A DNA stretch of 49,399 bases from an uncultured Planctomycetaceae bacterium (GTDB taxonomy: Bacteria; Planctomycetota; Planctomycetia; Pirellulales; Thermoguttaceae): the NCBI GenBank assembly GCA_964547995.1, contig CAZJRB010000045.1:1-49399 (forward strand), in the 5' to 3' direction. The position numbers were made by a program, and so were the translations under genes. Shown here piece after piece: positions 15,944-24,993 of this stretch (position 1 is the first letter of the stretch; every line of letters starts with the position of its first letter). Below the pieces are notes generated by a model, which was not told the origin of the DNA, made no database searches, and saw nothing but the letters and a program-made list of their open reading frames with translations.

Positions 15944-16240
15944 GTGCCGGGGTTCCCCGTTCGCCTTTTTTCTACGACCGGCAATCACATGACGTGCAAG
16001 TGGTATCCCATCTGTCCGATGAAGTGGTTTACCGAAGCCGGGAAGCTTGACCACCGGTGGACGGACGAATTCTGCAAGGGCGACTGGCAGCGATGTGTCC
16101 GCTATCAGATGGAGCAGCGCGGAGAGCCGCATCCGGACTGGATGCTGCCCGACGGCACTATGGATGAAGGTCTTCGCAGAGGTTCCGGAGGTTCCGTGGC
16201 ACAAAAACAACACCCTGTTGAGGAGCAGCGAGCTAGATGA
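15944..16240 (+). CDS. small Cys-rich protein (C-x5-CP ... C-x4-W-x2-C), translationally coupled to thi4
   Basis: MTCKWYPICPMKWFTEAGKLDHRWTDEFCKGDWQRCVRY. Its stop TGA overlaps thi4 ATG (ATGA). Start uncertain (GTG 15944 or ATG 15989). Confidence 0.45.
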   Translation: MPGFPVRLFSTTGNHMTCKWYPICPMKWFTEAGKLDHRWTDEFCKGDWQRCVRYQMEQRGEPHPDWMLPDGTMDEGLRRGSGGSVAQKQHPVEEQRAR

Positions 16241-17016
16241 GCCGATTGGAAGAAACAGAGATTTCCAAGGCGATCCTGTGTGCGTATCACGAGAAGTTGT
16301 TGGACCGGATCGTGAGCGACGTGATCATCGTGGGTGCGGGCCCGTCGGGGATGATGGCAGCAGTTTATCTCGCGCGCAAGGGTTTGAAGGTCACCCTGTT
16401 GGAAAAGCGGCTGACGCCGGGCGGCGGCGTGTGGGGCGGCGGCATGGCAATGCCCGAAGTCGTCGTACAACACGATGCCTTGCACTTGCTGGACGACGCC
16501 GGCGTCCGGTACGAACATCGAGGCGACGACCTGTATACTGCCAGCGCCATTGAGTTGGCCACTGGGCTTTGTTTGAAGGCCGTCCAAACCGGCGCCGCGC
16601 TACTGAACTTGACGATGGCAGAGGACGTGTGTGTCCGCGGGGGTCGCGTTACCGGCGTCGTTGCAAATCGCACGATGATTGCCGAATCGCTTCCGATCGA
16701 TCCCATCACGTTCTCGGCAAAGGCCGTTCTCGACGCCACGGGTCATGAGGCAGCCGTGGCCGAATGTCTTCGCAAGCGGGGCCTCTTGCCCGAAACCGAT
16801 TCGGGCACGTACCTCGGCGAAGGCCCGATGGATGCCGCGTCGGGAGAAGCCTTCGTGGTCGAAAACGCCGGGGAGGTCTTCCCGGGGCTGTGGGTTTCCG
16901 GAATGAGTGTCTGCGCAACGCTGGGCGGTCCCCGCATGGGGCCGATTTTCGGCGGAATGCTTCTCTCCGGCGAGCGTGTGGCCGGACTCATTGCCTCCGC
17001 ACTGGAAGGAACGTAA
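16237..17016 (+). CDS. thi4: thiazole synthase Thi4 family (FAD/NAD-binding, sulfide-dependent type)
   Basis: DVIIVGAGPSGMMAAVYLARKGLKVTLLEKRLTPGGG...GMEV motif-rich Thi4 fold. Confidence 0.8.
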   Translation: MSRLEETEISKAILCAYHEKLLDRIVSDVIIVGAGPSGMMAAVYLARKGLKVTLLEKRLTPGGGVWGGGMAMPEVVVQHDALHLLDDAGVRYEHRGDDLYTASAIELATGLCLKAVQTGAALLNLTMAEDVCVRGGRVTGVVANRTMIAESLPIDPITFSAKAVLDATGHEAAVAECLRKRGLLPETDSGTYLGEGPMDAASGEAFVVENAGEVFPGLWVSGMSVCATLGGPRMGPIFGGMLLSGERVAGLIASALEGT

Positions 17017-17258
17017 ATCACCGGGCGCCGCCATAACCAGCTACGTATTTGGTCCGGTGCTCTCACGCCGGCTCGGCCGCCCCTGCAAACACAAGCCGAA
17101 GGAGGGTTGTACTACCAGGCAACGCAGTAGCGTTACCCCTTTGAACAGGGTGTTTAATCCTCCACGCGCCAATTCGAAGCAGCCCCGGGTGAGCAATCAC
17201 CCGGGGCTGCTTGACATGGGACCTCTTTGCCGATCCCGCGCGCAAAGCTTGGGTGCGT

Positions 17259-17627
17259 CTAGCCCATCCGTTTCCCGATCATGTCAATGAACGACTGCGC
17301 GTAAGGCTTGCCGATGAGCTTCTTGCACTTGGTAAACATTTTGCACCCGGTGCCGCAGTAGTCGATTTTCTTCATCGCGGCACACTTGAGGACGGGACAC
17401 GGCTTCTTTTTCAACATTGCGGCACTTGCATCCTTACCCGATGCACAACCCATGCACTTTTTGGCTTTCATCAACGGGCATGCCATGCACGCAAGGCCGC
17501 AGGCGCCAATCATGGCTTTCTTCTCCGCGGCAACAGCTTCGCCCGTCGCGGCAAGGACAATTGCTCCGGTAGCCGCCGCCGGCACACCTTTGCTGAGAAA
17601 CTCGCGACGCGAAACACTCATGATCAT
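17259..17627 (-). CDS. Tat-signal (SRREFL) Cys-rich small protein
   Basis: MIMSVSRREFLSKGVPAAATGAIVLAATG followed by 14 Cys in CxxC-type clusters. aaggag RBS upstream of ATG 17627. Confidence 0.5.
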   Translation of the reverse strand: MIMSVSRREFLSKGVPAAATGAIVLAATGEAVAAEKKAMIGACGLACMACPLMKAKKCMGCASGKDASAAMLKKKPCPVLKCAAMKKIDYCGTGCKMFTKCKKLIGKPYAQSFIDMIGKRMG

Positions 17628-17860
17628 GGCTCCTTTCATCTGTGGTGACAATAAAGTGCGGTAGGGCCGCTCGTTTCCGTTTCGTGCCGTATTCGGCATC
17701 ACGAGCAATAGGATATCTGCTCGTTGCGAAGTAAACAAGTGTCCTGCGTAAAGATCCCCCGGTTTTGTGCCGCTGTTGGAACAGGGTGCGTGGGCCACCG
17801 GACGATACTGAGACTCAACCTCAGTGCTCTGCCACTCGCTCACAAAGGGTGACAGACAAA

Positions 17861-19072
17861 TCACCGTGCCGGCGGTGGCAAAATACTGTCACGAAATTCG
17901 GAACTCGTCTTTCGATCGATCCTAAGGTCGTCCACCTCCGTACCCGGCTCGTGATAACGACGATACCAACGAGTCAACGTCGTGTAGGTAAACAAGACGT
18001 TGACCCATCGAATCCGGATTAGAACCCAAAAAACGAGGTAGGTCAAGAGAATCGCCAGAAGGAAGTAAACATATTGGACGAAGAAGTGGACGGCAACATG
18101 ATTAAGGGTACCGACCCATGGGGCAAGTGGGGAAAGCCACTCGAACAACCAATATGCGATCGGCATGGTTACCAGAAAAAAGAGTATCACGGCCCAAGAA
18201 TGTCCGGCTTCAATTGCCCGCGCCGGACAGTACGCCATGCAACGCATGCAGCTTTCGCAGGAAAAGGTCCAATAAGGCCTGGGGCGTTTCTTGCCCCAAA
18301 TACGAACCGCGCCGAACGGGCAGTTCTTGGCGCACATCCCACAACCGGTACAGCGATTGTTGGCGAAGAATAGCTTCGCCAGAAAGAAACGTCCTGCGAG
18401 CAAATAGGCAGCGGAAACGGGCAACAGAAGCAACCCCAACAGCAGGCAAATCCAACTCCCGAACCACCTCTTGCCCGCCAGGACGCTCCTGATGTAGCGA
18501 TCGGTCTTCGGTTTGGCATGGGCAATGATGTCGGCGGCACTTTCGGGGCTGAATCCGGGATGAAACGCGATCCAGTTGGAGGGCATGTCGATGCCTTGCA
18601 CGCCGCGGACCCGGTATCCTTTGAGCCGGAGAATCAGCGCAAGCAGGTATCCGGCTGTGCCTTCCATCCCCGGGAGCCGCAACGGCCCGAACTTGGTGCC
18701 GGCCCGGGTAACCGCTACGAAGGCATGGGTTCTTTGCCCACGCGGCAACCGCCAAGCGAGACGGAGCATTGGCCAGGTTGCGGTAAAGGCATGGGCAGGC
18801 AACAGCAGTCCCACCAGGTGCTCTTCGCCCGTCTCGGAATGTGCGTCGGGGGGCCCCTGTTCGACGCCGCGAACCGTCACCGTCGTACCCTGCGACTGGA
18901 TCACCTCGGTCATCCAACGGGCAACCCGGCGCGTATTCCCCGTCCCGCTCATCACATGCAACACGGCATCCTTGTACTCCAAAGCAGCCACCTCCGGTTG
19001 CGAACATGGAACGAGCCGCCGTTTTCCGGGGACCATAACCGCTATTTTGGACAAGGCAAGCAACTTCGTCAA
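17861..19072 (-). CDS. flavodoxin-like domain plus 2x[4Fe-4S] ferredoxin domain membrane protein
   Basis: MSGTGNTRRVA flavodoxin motif. CTGCGMCAKNCP and CESCMRCMAYCP iron-sulfur motifs. C-terminal TM helices. Confidence 0.55.
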   Translation of the reverse strand: MTKLLALSKIAVMVPGKRRLVPCSQPEVAALEYKDAVLHVMSGTGNTRRVARWMTEVIQSQGTTVTVRGVEQGPPDAHSETGEEHLVGLLLPAHAFTATWPMLRLAWRLPRGQRTHAFVAVTRAGTKFGPLRLPGMEGTAGYLLALILRLKGYRVRGVQGIDMPSNWIAFHPGFSPESAADIIAHAKPKTDRYIRSVLAGKRWFGSWICLLLGLLLLPVSAAYLLAGRFFLAKLFFANNRCTGCGMCAKNCPFGAVRIWGKKRPRPYWTFSCESCMRCMAYCPARAIEAGHSWAVILFFLVTMPIAYWLFEWLSPLAPWVGTLNHVAVHFFVQYVYFLLAILLTYLVFWVLIRIRWVNVLFTYTTLTRWYRRYHEPGTEVDDLRIDRKTSSEFRDSILPPPAR

Positions 19073-19386
19073 TCTGTTCCATCTGGCAGTAGCGGAATCT
19101 TACCGGCATTTCCGGATTCCTTAGAAGGACGAGTGATTGCAGAAATGCAATGCTGGGCTTTGTCAGAAAACGGCGTGTAGCCACCGTCGCCAGACAGTGG
19201 AGACCCTCCTTTTGCGAGAGATTGGCACCTGCCAACCGCGTTCTGGCGAGCGTGGCTACCGTTTTCCGACAAGGCCTGGAATGAACTCTGCACCATACAA
19301 GCCGGACAGAACCGCCTTGACAAAGCTAATTGAGAAGGGGAGACTACGACTTTTGCGATTGCCTTTACTTCTTCAGCCAACACTTC

Positions 19387-20280
19387 ATGCTCATGCTTAC
19401 TGATACTATCCTCGATTTGATCGGCAACACCCCGTTGGTTCGTCTCAAGGGGGAGAACATCTTCGCCAAAGCCGAGTTTCTCAACCCGGGCGGGAGCATC
19501 AAGGACCGTGTTGCCCTGGCGATGCTCGAAGGCGCCGAACGCGACGGCCGATTGAATCCGGACTCGATCATTTGCGAACCGACCAGTGGTAACACGGGTA
19601 TTGGCATTGCACTAATTGGGCGTCTGAAAGGCTACCATGTGAAGATCGTCATGCCGGAGGGCATGAGCGAGGAACGCAAGAAAATCATCAAGGCTTTGGG
19701 GGCGGAATTGATCCTCACGCCCGACGACGAGAGTATCGACGGTGCAGTACGGAGAGTCAACGAAATCGCCGCCGCCGATCCTCGGGTGTTCGTCCCGCAG
19801 CAATTCGAGAACCCCGATAATCCCCGCTGCCACTATGAGGACACCGCCCATGAACTCTGGCGGCAAATCCACGGCGAGGTTGACTGCTTCGTGGCGGGTG
19901 TCGGCAGCGGCGGTACGTTGCAGGGTGTCGGTAAATTCCTCAAGGAGCATAAGCCAAACGTCAAGATTGTGGCCGTCGAACCCAAGGATGTCTCCGCGCT
20001 GTTGGGCCACGAGCCGGGGCTGCACCAAATCCAGGGCATTGGTGATGGATTCGTCCCCGCCGTGCTTGACATCTCCCTTGTGGATGAAGTCCTTGAGGTT
20101 ACCGACGGGGACGCCATCGAAACGACCAGGCAACTCAGCCGCGACCTGGGATTGCTGGTGGGCATCTCTTCCGGTGCAAATGTTTGGGCAGCCCGACAGT
20201 TAACCAAGCGGACGGATGGAAACATCGCCACGGTACTACCCGATCGGGCCGAACGGTACTTCAGCACGGCACTGTTGTGA
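19387..20280 (+). CDS. cysK: cysteine synthase (O-acetylserine sulfhydrylase), PLP-dependent
   Basis: LIGNTPLVRL...GGSIKDRVA...EPTSGNTGIG...GVGSGGT are canonical CysK/CysM motifs. Confidence 0.85.
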   Translation: MLMLTDTILDLIGNTPLVRLKGENIFAKAEFLNPGGSIKDRVALAMLEGAERDGRLNPDSIICEPTSGNTGIGIALIGRLKGYHVKIVMPEGMSEERKKIIKALGAELILTPDDESIDGAVRRVNEIAAADPRVFVPQQFENPDNPRCHYEDTAHELWRQIHGEVDCFVAGVGSGGTLQGVGKFLKEHKPNVKIVAVEPKDVSALLGHEPGLHQIQGIGDGFVPAVLDISLVDEVLEVTDGDAIETTRQLSRDLGLLVGISSGANVWAARQLTKRTDGNIATVLPDRAERYFSTALL

Positions 20281-20318
20281 GGAAGCAGTCCAGGGCGAAG
20301 AAATCGGCATTGCGTGGG

Positions 20319-20555
20319 TTATGCTGCCGCCTGACGGAGCTGGTTGAGCGCCCTGCGCACCTCAGCCTGCACGTCGGCATCATTGTCTGCCAGCAACTCC
20401 CCGAGTTCCGGGACCGCGCAAACAGCGCGCTTCCCGTGCAATCGGAGCGCCCCGACAGCGTTTCGCCGTGTGACGGGGTCAGCATCATGTAATTGCCGAA
20501 TTAGCTTTGCGATCAGTGGATCTGACTCCGGAATCATCGTTTCTAGCCTCAGCAA
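20319..20555 (-). CDS. small HEAT/PBS-lyase-repeat protein
   Basis: DPVTRRNAVGALRLHG...DADVQAEVRRAL repeat pattern. Confidence 0.3.
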   Translation of the reverse strand: MLRLETMIPESDPLIAKLIRQLHDADPVTRRNAVGALRLHGKRAVCAVPELGELLADNDADVQAEVRRALNQLRQAAA

Positions 20556-21050
20556 TGCCTGTTGTGACGTGTTAGGAAGTAGCCTTCTACACGATCCCCG
20601 TATCGGCCAGAATTCCGCCCGAACTTCACAACACCTCTGTCAATGCATCTTCAAAGGTACGGCACCGCATCTGTGAGTATCGCGCATTGCATTTGTGCAA
20701 TCCTGCAATACAATGCCTTGGCCGTCGCTGACGCAGATCATGACACATGGCGACGCGAACGGTTTGGACGTCAGCCCTACCCCCTGTTGTAGAATTGCCC
20801 CACGATCAGGGGGTCACCATAAAAGGTGGCTGGAACCACCATTTGATACGGTTCGGGCCCAAAAGCTGCTACGGTTTCCTCACCGTCCCAGTAGCCGTAC
20901 GGGCCGCATCAAGTGGGGCGACATTAAACCGGGCGGCGATGGGGCTCCACGGTTGCAGGACAATCGCGGAGGCCCCAACCACCGCCGTCGTTACCCCGTC
21001 GTTTTCGCGGCCCTACCAACAATCAACGACGGAGTTTTTGCGTTGCAGTT

Positions 21051-21458
21051 TCAATGCGAGAATCGAAGTTGGCTGTGTTCACCGTCGTCAGCCGAGAATC
21101 GCTCCCGTTCCTGACAGCCACTGGCTTGCACCGCCGTCTCAGGACTCAGGTCCCCTTGGAAAAGGGCTGTCAACGCATCTTCGACTTCCCCGGTAACCCA
21201 GCCATACACGGTAACACCTGCCGACTGGAGCTTGGCAACAGACCAACAATCGATTCCGCCACAAACAACCGTATCCACATCGAGGTCGAGCAGCTTATTG
21301 ATTCGCACGTGTGGAGTCCAGTTTGGAACAGTGATTTCCTGGCGCACCGAGGGTTTCTCGTCATCGACGGATACCACAAGGATCGAACGCGCGTAGTCAA
21401 ACCGTGGCGATACACGGGTTGCAAAAGTCGGAATCGCAATTTTCTTGCCAATGCCCAT
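21051..21458 (-). CDS. NifX/NifB-C-terminal-like dinitrogenase FeMo-cofactor-biosynthesis family protein (PF02579-like)
   Basis: MGIGKKIAIPT...VSPRFDYARSILVV...DTVVCGGIDCWSVAKLQSAGVTV. Confidence 0.6.
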   Translation of the reverse strand: MGIGKKIAIPTFATRVSPRFDYARSILVVSVDDEKPSVRQEITVPNWTPHVRINKLLDLDVDTVVCGGIDCWSVAKLQSAGVTVYGWVTGEVEDALTALFQGDLSPETAVQASGCQERERFSADDGEHSQLRFSH

Positions 21459-21502
21459 TGAACCGTCTCCATCAGGCGCGGTTGCCCTTCATGGTGAACA
21501 AT

Positions 21503-21526
21503 GTTCCCTGCAGCAAACGTGCCGTT
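21503..21526 (-). promoter_or_regulatory. candidate sigma-54 (-24/-12) promoter upstream of the NifX-like gene
   Basis: Minus-strand sequence cGGCACGtttgctGCa (GG-N10-GC spacing) ~45 nt upstream of start codon 21458. A TGCACC-N11-GGTGCA inverted repeat at ~21608-21632 is a possible activator site. Confidence 0.35.
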
Positions 21527-21674
21527 TGGGAATTGCCTGGCGAAAAAACCATAAGTTGTTGAACCGGCGAGAGATAGGGTTGCCTTGACAAGTGCCCGGA
21601 AAACGACGACACTGCACCACTGCAATAAGGGTGCATTGCACAATTGCACTCGTGCAACAAAGCGAGAGCCGCCA

Positions 21675-23018
21675 TCATCCGTAGGTAATGCCGTACTTCT
21701 TCATCTTCCGCCACAGCGTGCTCTTGTCGATTCCGAGTGTTGCCGCGGTCTTGCCGCGGTGACCGTCGTGCTGGCGCAACGTCTCAAAGATCACGGCTGC
21801 TTCGGCCTCCGGCAATGGGCCCCCGGTCGATTTCAGCTCGTCGGAGTCACGCCCCCAAACTTCCTGCAACAGCTCTCCCGGTAGGCAATCCGCCTCGATC
21901 CGTTTGCTGCGACAGAGTACAACGGCATGTTCGATGACGTTTTGCAGTTCGCGCACATTGCCCGGAAAATCGTAGGCCATTAACACGCCCATCGCCTCTT
22001 CCGAGACTTCCTCGATTTGCTTGCCCTGCTGGGCACAGAACTTACGGATAAAATGATCCGCCAACAACGGGATGTCCTCACGGCGCTCTGCCAAAAAAGG
22101 AAGGGCTATTTTCAAGACGTGAAGTCGGTAGTAGAGGTCTTCGCGAAAGGTTCCTCGCGCGACGAGTTCGGCAAGCGGTTTGTTTGTTGCTGCGACGACG
22201 CGTACGTCTGCCTTGACAAGACCCGTACTGCCAAGCGGCTCATATTCCTTTTCCTGCAGCGCCCGAAGCAACTTGACCTGCAAAGCCGTCGAGATATCGC
22301 CGATCTCGTCGAGAAAAAGTGTTCCACCTTCCGCCAGTGCAAATCGGCCGGGCTTGTCCTTCTTCGCATCCGTAAAGGCCCCCTTCTTGTATCCGAAAAG
22401 TTCCGATTCCAAGAGAGTGTCGGGCAGGGCGCCGCAGTTGACGACCACGTATTTTTGCTCGGCTCGGTTGCTGAGATCGTGAATCGCCTTGGCAAAGAGT
22501 TCCTTGCCGGAACCGGTAGGGCCTTCGATCAAGACCGTGCTGTCGCTTCCGGCAATATCGGGAAGTATTCCCAGGATGCGGCGGATCTCATGGTTCTTGC
22601 TGATGATGTCGTGGTACGTATAGTGTTCATCGATCTCCTTGCGGAGTGCCTCAACCTCCGAGAGATCGCGAAAGGTTTCGACTCCGCCCAAGAGCTTTCC
22701 ATTCTCGTCACGCAGAAGAGCCGTGCTGATACTAACCGGGATTCTCTCGCCGCGACTGTTGAGAATGTTGATCCGCTGAGATATCCGCTGTTGGCCAGTC
22801 TCCATCGTTTCATGTAGAGCGCAACTGTCTTGACAAATACTGGCGTGAAACACGTCGAAGCACTTCTGACCGATCGCTGCGTTGCGGGGGATGCCGGTAA
22901 TCCGCTCGGCCGCCCGATTGAACGACGTGATGTTCCAATCGTCGTCGATCGTGAACACGCCGTCTGCGATCGAGTCGAGAATGATTTCGTGAGTCTGCTC
23001 TTTCGGCGTTTTGCTCAT
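21675..23018 (-). CDS. sigma-54-dependent transcriptional activator (PAS sensor, AAA+ sigma-54 interaction domain, Fis-type HTH)
   Basis: GESGTGKE-like (EGPTGSGKELFAKAIH), GAFTDA ESELFG motifs, C-terminal HTH. PAS region ILDSIADGVFTID. Confidence 0.8.
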   Translation of the reverse strand: MSKTPKEQTHEIILDSIADGVFTIDDDWNITSFNRAAERITGIPRNAAIGQKCFDVFHASICQDSCALHETMETGQQRISQRINILNSRGERIPVSISTALLRDENGKLLGGVETFRDLSEVEALRKEIDEHYTYHDIISKNHEIRRILGILPDIAGSDSTVLIEGPTGSGKELFAKAIHDLSNRAEQKYVVVNCGALPDTLLESELFGYKKGAFTDAKKDKPGRFALAEGGTLFLDEIGDISTALQVKLLRALQEKEYEPLGSTGLVKADVRVVAATNKPLAELVARGTFREDLYYRLHVLKIALPFLAERREDIPLLADHFIRKFCAQQGKQIEEVSEEAMGVLMAYDFPGNVRELQNVIEHAVVLCRSKRIEADCLPGELLQEVWGRDSDELKSTGGPLPEAEAAVIFETLRQHDGHRGKTAATLGIDKSTLWRKMKKYGITYG

Positions 23019-23303
23019 CGCGTACGTCGAAGATGAGGACCGGGATGCGATAGCGAGTGTGGATCTTGTAGATCTGTCCGCGTTTCTCGCACTTCCCGCC
23101 TGCTGCCGCAGCAAATGTCGTGCCAGTCAATGCGTTTCGGACAACCAATCCCCGTTCTCAACAAGCAATCTAGTTGAACAGGGTTGCCAATTTCAGCGTA
23201 CAAAGGAGATGGTGGAAAAGCAAGCGTCTCCATAGTGCTTGACAGATATGCCGATCTACGATACCATTATGGCAGTGGCCCTACCCATCTGAGGGGTGAC
23301 AGC

Positions 23304-23714
23304 ATGTCTGTGCGAAAACGCCTCTTTGCGATTCTGCTGGCGACCAACTACCTCTTTCTCACAGTTGTCGGTTCACTCCTGCATCATCCCTCCCATGTTT
23401 GCGGGGAATGCAACGGCCACTCCGGCGCGATCCCCTGCGCCCTTCTGGAAGAATCCTGCTGCCGTCCTCACGAAACAGACGACCATTGCACGCGGAAAAG
23501 CGAACACTCCGATGAGCAGATGCCGGCGAACTCCTCGGAACATCAGAATTGTCCCATCTGCCGTTTCTTGGCCAATAGCCCGATGATTGCCGGTCACGTG
23601 CCGGACGTGACCTGGACGGCGCTGGAGTTCGCAACTTCTCCTGCGACGCCTCCTCCTCCCATCGTCCACGTCAGGCATGTCTGGCAAAGCCGTGCCCCGC
23701 CGGCGGTCGCATAG
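23304..23714 (+). CDS. hypothetical membrane/secreted Cys/His-rich protein
   Basis: N-terminal hydrophobic segment. No recognised domain. Confidence 0.3.
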   Translation: MSVRKRLFAILLATNYLFLTVVGSLLHHPSHVCGECNGHSGAIPCALLEESCCRPHETDDHCTRKSEHSDEQMPANSSEHQNCPICRFLANSPMIAGHVPDVTWTALEFATSPATPPPPIVHVRHVWQSRAPPAVA

Positions 23715-23825
23715 GCATCTTTCTTGTTCAATTTCCATGATGTCTGGTGCTGCGCGTGCATCGGGTTGATGCACCTGCACTGGAGCATTTCGTGGTAGAT
23801 TGTAGATTGTTTTTGGGAGAACGAC

Positions 23826-24743
23826 ATGTCTATACAGCGGACTGCATTTACCTTGGTCGAGTTGCTGGTGGTCGTTGCGATCATCGGCATCCTGATTGCC
23901 CTGCTGTTGCCGGCAATTCAGGCGGCTCGCGAAGCGGCGCGAACCGCGTCCTGCCGCAATAACATGAAGCAGATCGGAATCGCCCTGCACATGCATCACG
24001 ACACGAAGCATCACTTGCCGGCCGGTTGGACCGCGTACGAACCGGGCACCCGAAACCCGCACTGGTTCGGCGAACCGGGATGGGCGTGGAGTGCCCGAAT
24101 ACTCCCATTCCTTGAAGAGAAGCACCTCTTCGAAGACACGATCCACTTCGATCTGCCCATTACCGACCCGGCCAATGACATTGCCCGTATAATTTCCGTT
24201 AGTTCCTTCCGATGCCCTGCCGATATAGGGGAAAACACCTTCATACTGCAGGGCGGAGGGCCCTATCTCGGTAGCGGCGCCTACACGCCCATCGAACTGT
24301 CGCGGAACAACTATCTCGGTGTCTTTGGCACGGTCGACATCCACATTGTCTGCCCCGGAACCAATTGTATGGGGGACGGAACGTTCTTTCTGAACCGCGG
24401 AGTGTCATTTCGTGAAATCCGCGACGGGCTGAGCAATACCTTTGTGGTAGGCGAACGGTCTTCGGAACGCGCCCCATCGACATGGGTGGGAATGGTAACC
24501 GGCGGGGAACATGCTCCTGCGCGTGTGGTTGGTGTCGGAACGTACCCACCCAACTCCACGGACGCCCCCGTTCACTACTTCCACAACTTCAGCAGTTTCC
24601 ACCCACAGGGAACGCACTTCCTGGCAGGTGACGGCTCCGTCCACATGGTTTCCAACGACATTGACATGAACATTTACCAAGCCGCGTGTACTCGTGCGGG
24701 TAAAGACAGCGCGGGCTCACCCGACGATTGGGCGGGACGCTGA
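23826..24743 (+). CDS. DUF1559 protein with prepilin-type N-terminal cleavage/methylation signal (planctomycete H-X9-DG family)
   Basis: FTLVELLVVVAIIGILIALLLPAIQAAREAARTASCRNNMKQIGIALHMHHD. Confidence 0.8.
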   Translation: MSIQRTAFTLVELLVVVAIIGILIALLLPAIQAAREAARTASCRNNMKQIGIALHMHHDTKHHLPAGWTAYEPGTRNPHWFGEPGWAWSARILPFLEEKHLFEDTIHFDLPITDPANDIARIISVSSFRCPADIGENTFILQGGGPYLGSGAYTPIELSRNNYLGVFGTVDIHIVCPGTNCMGDGTFFLNRGVSFREIRDGLSNTFVVGERSSERAPSTWVGMVTGGEHAPARVVGVGTYPPNSTDAPVHYFHNFSSFHPQGTHFLAGDGSVHMVSNDIDMNIYQAACTRAGKDSAGSPDDWAGR

Positions 24744-24993
24744 CTAAAGACGGTTCCTACGTCAGCGGCGCCGCAGGAATCACCGGCGGAAGCCGGACCG
24801 CCGACTATGTGACCTTCGACGTCGGCTCCGGATGCTACTGCTTCGAGATCATTCCCAAGTAAGCAGAGAAAGAAAAACCGGTTGCGTTTGCTGACGCCCC
24901 TTGCAATTCCCCGCCAATCGGCAATAATGACTGTCCTATGCCGCCCTCAGGAGGGACGACTCTTGTCCCGATGAAGTCGCGAGGGAACCGAAA

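Noticed and set aside
15800-15990. TPP (THI-box) riboswitch upstream of thi4
   Set aside because: I searched for the CUGAGA and ACCUGAUCUGGAUAAUGCCAGCG cores. Only a loose ggataatg match was found. A stem ccccggcac/gtgccgggg is present, but its T-run is 13 nt away, so it is also not a clean terminator.
18210-19235. 341-aa minus-strand ORF
   Set aside because: It overlaps the flavodoxin/4Fe-4S gene in another frame, has Arg/Pro-rich high-GC frame-artefact composition and no motifs.
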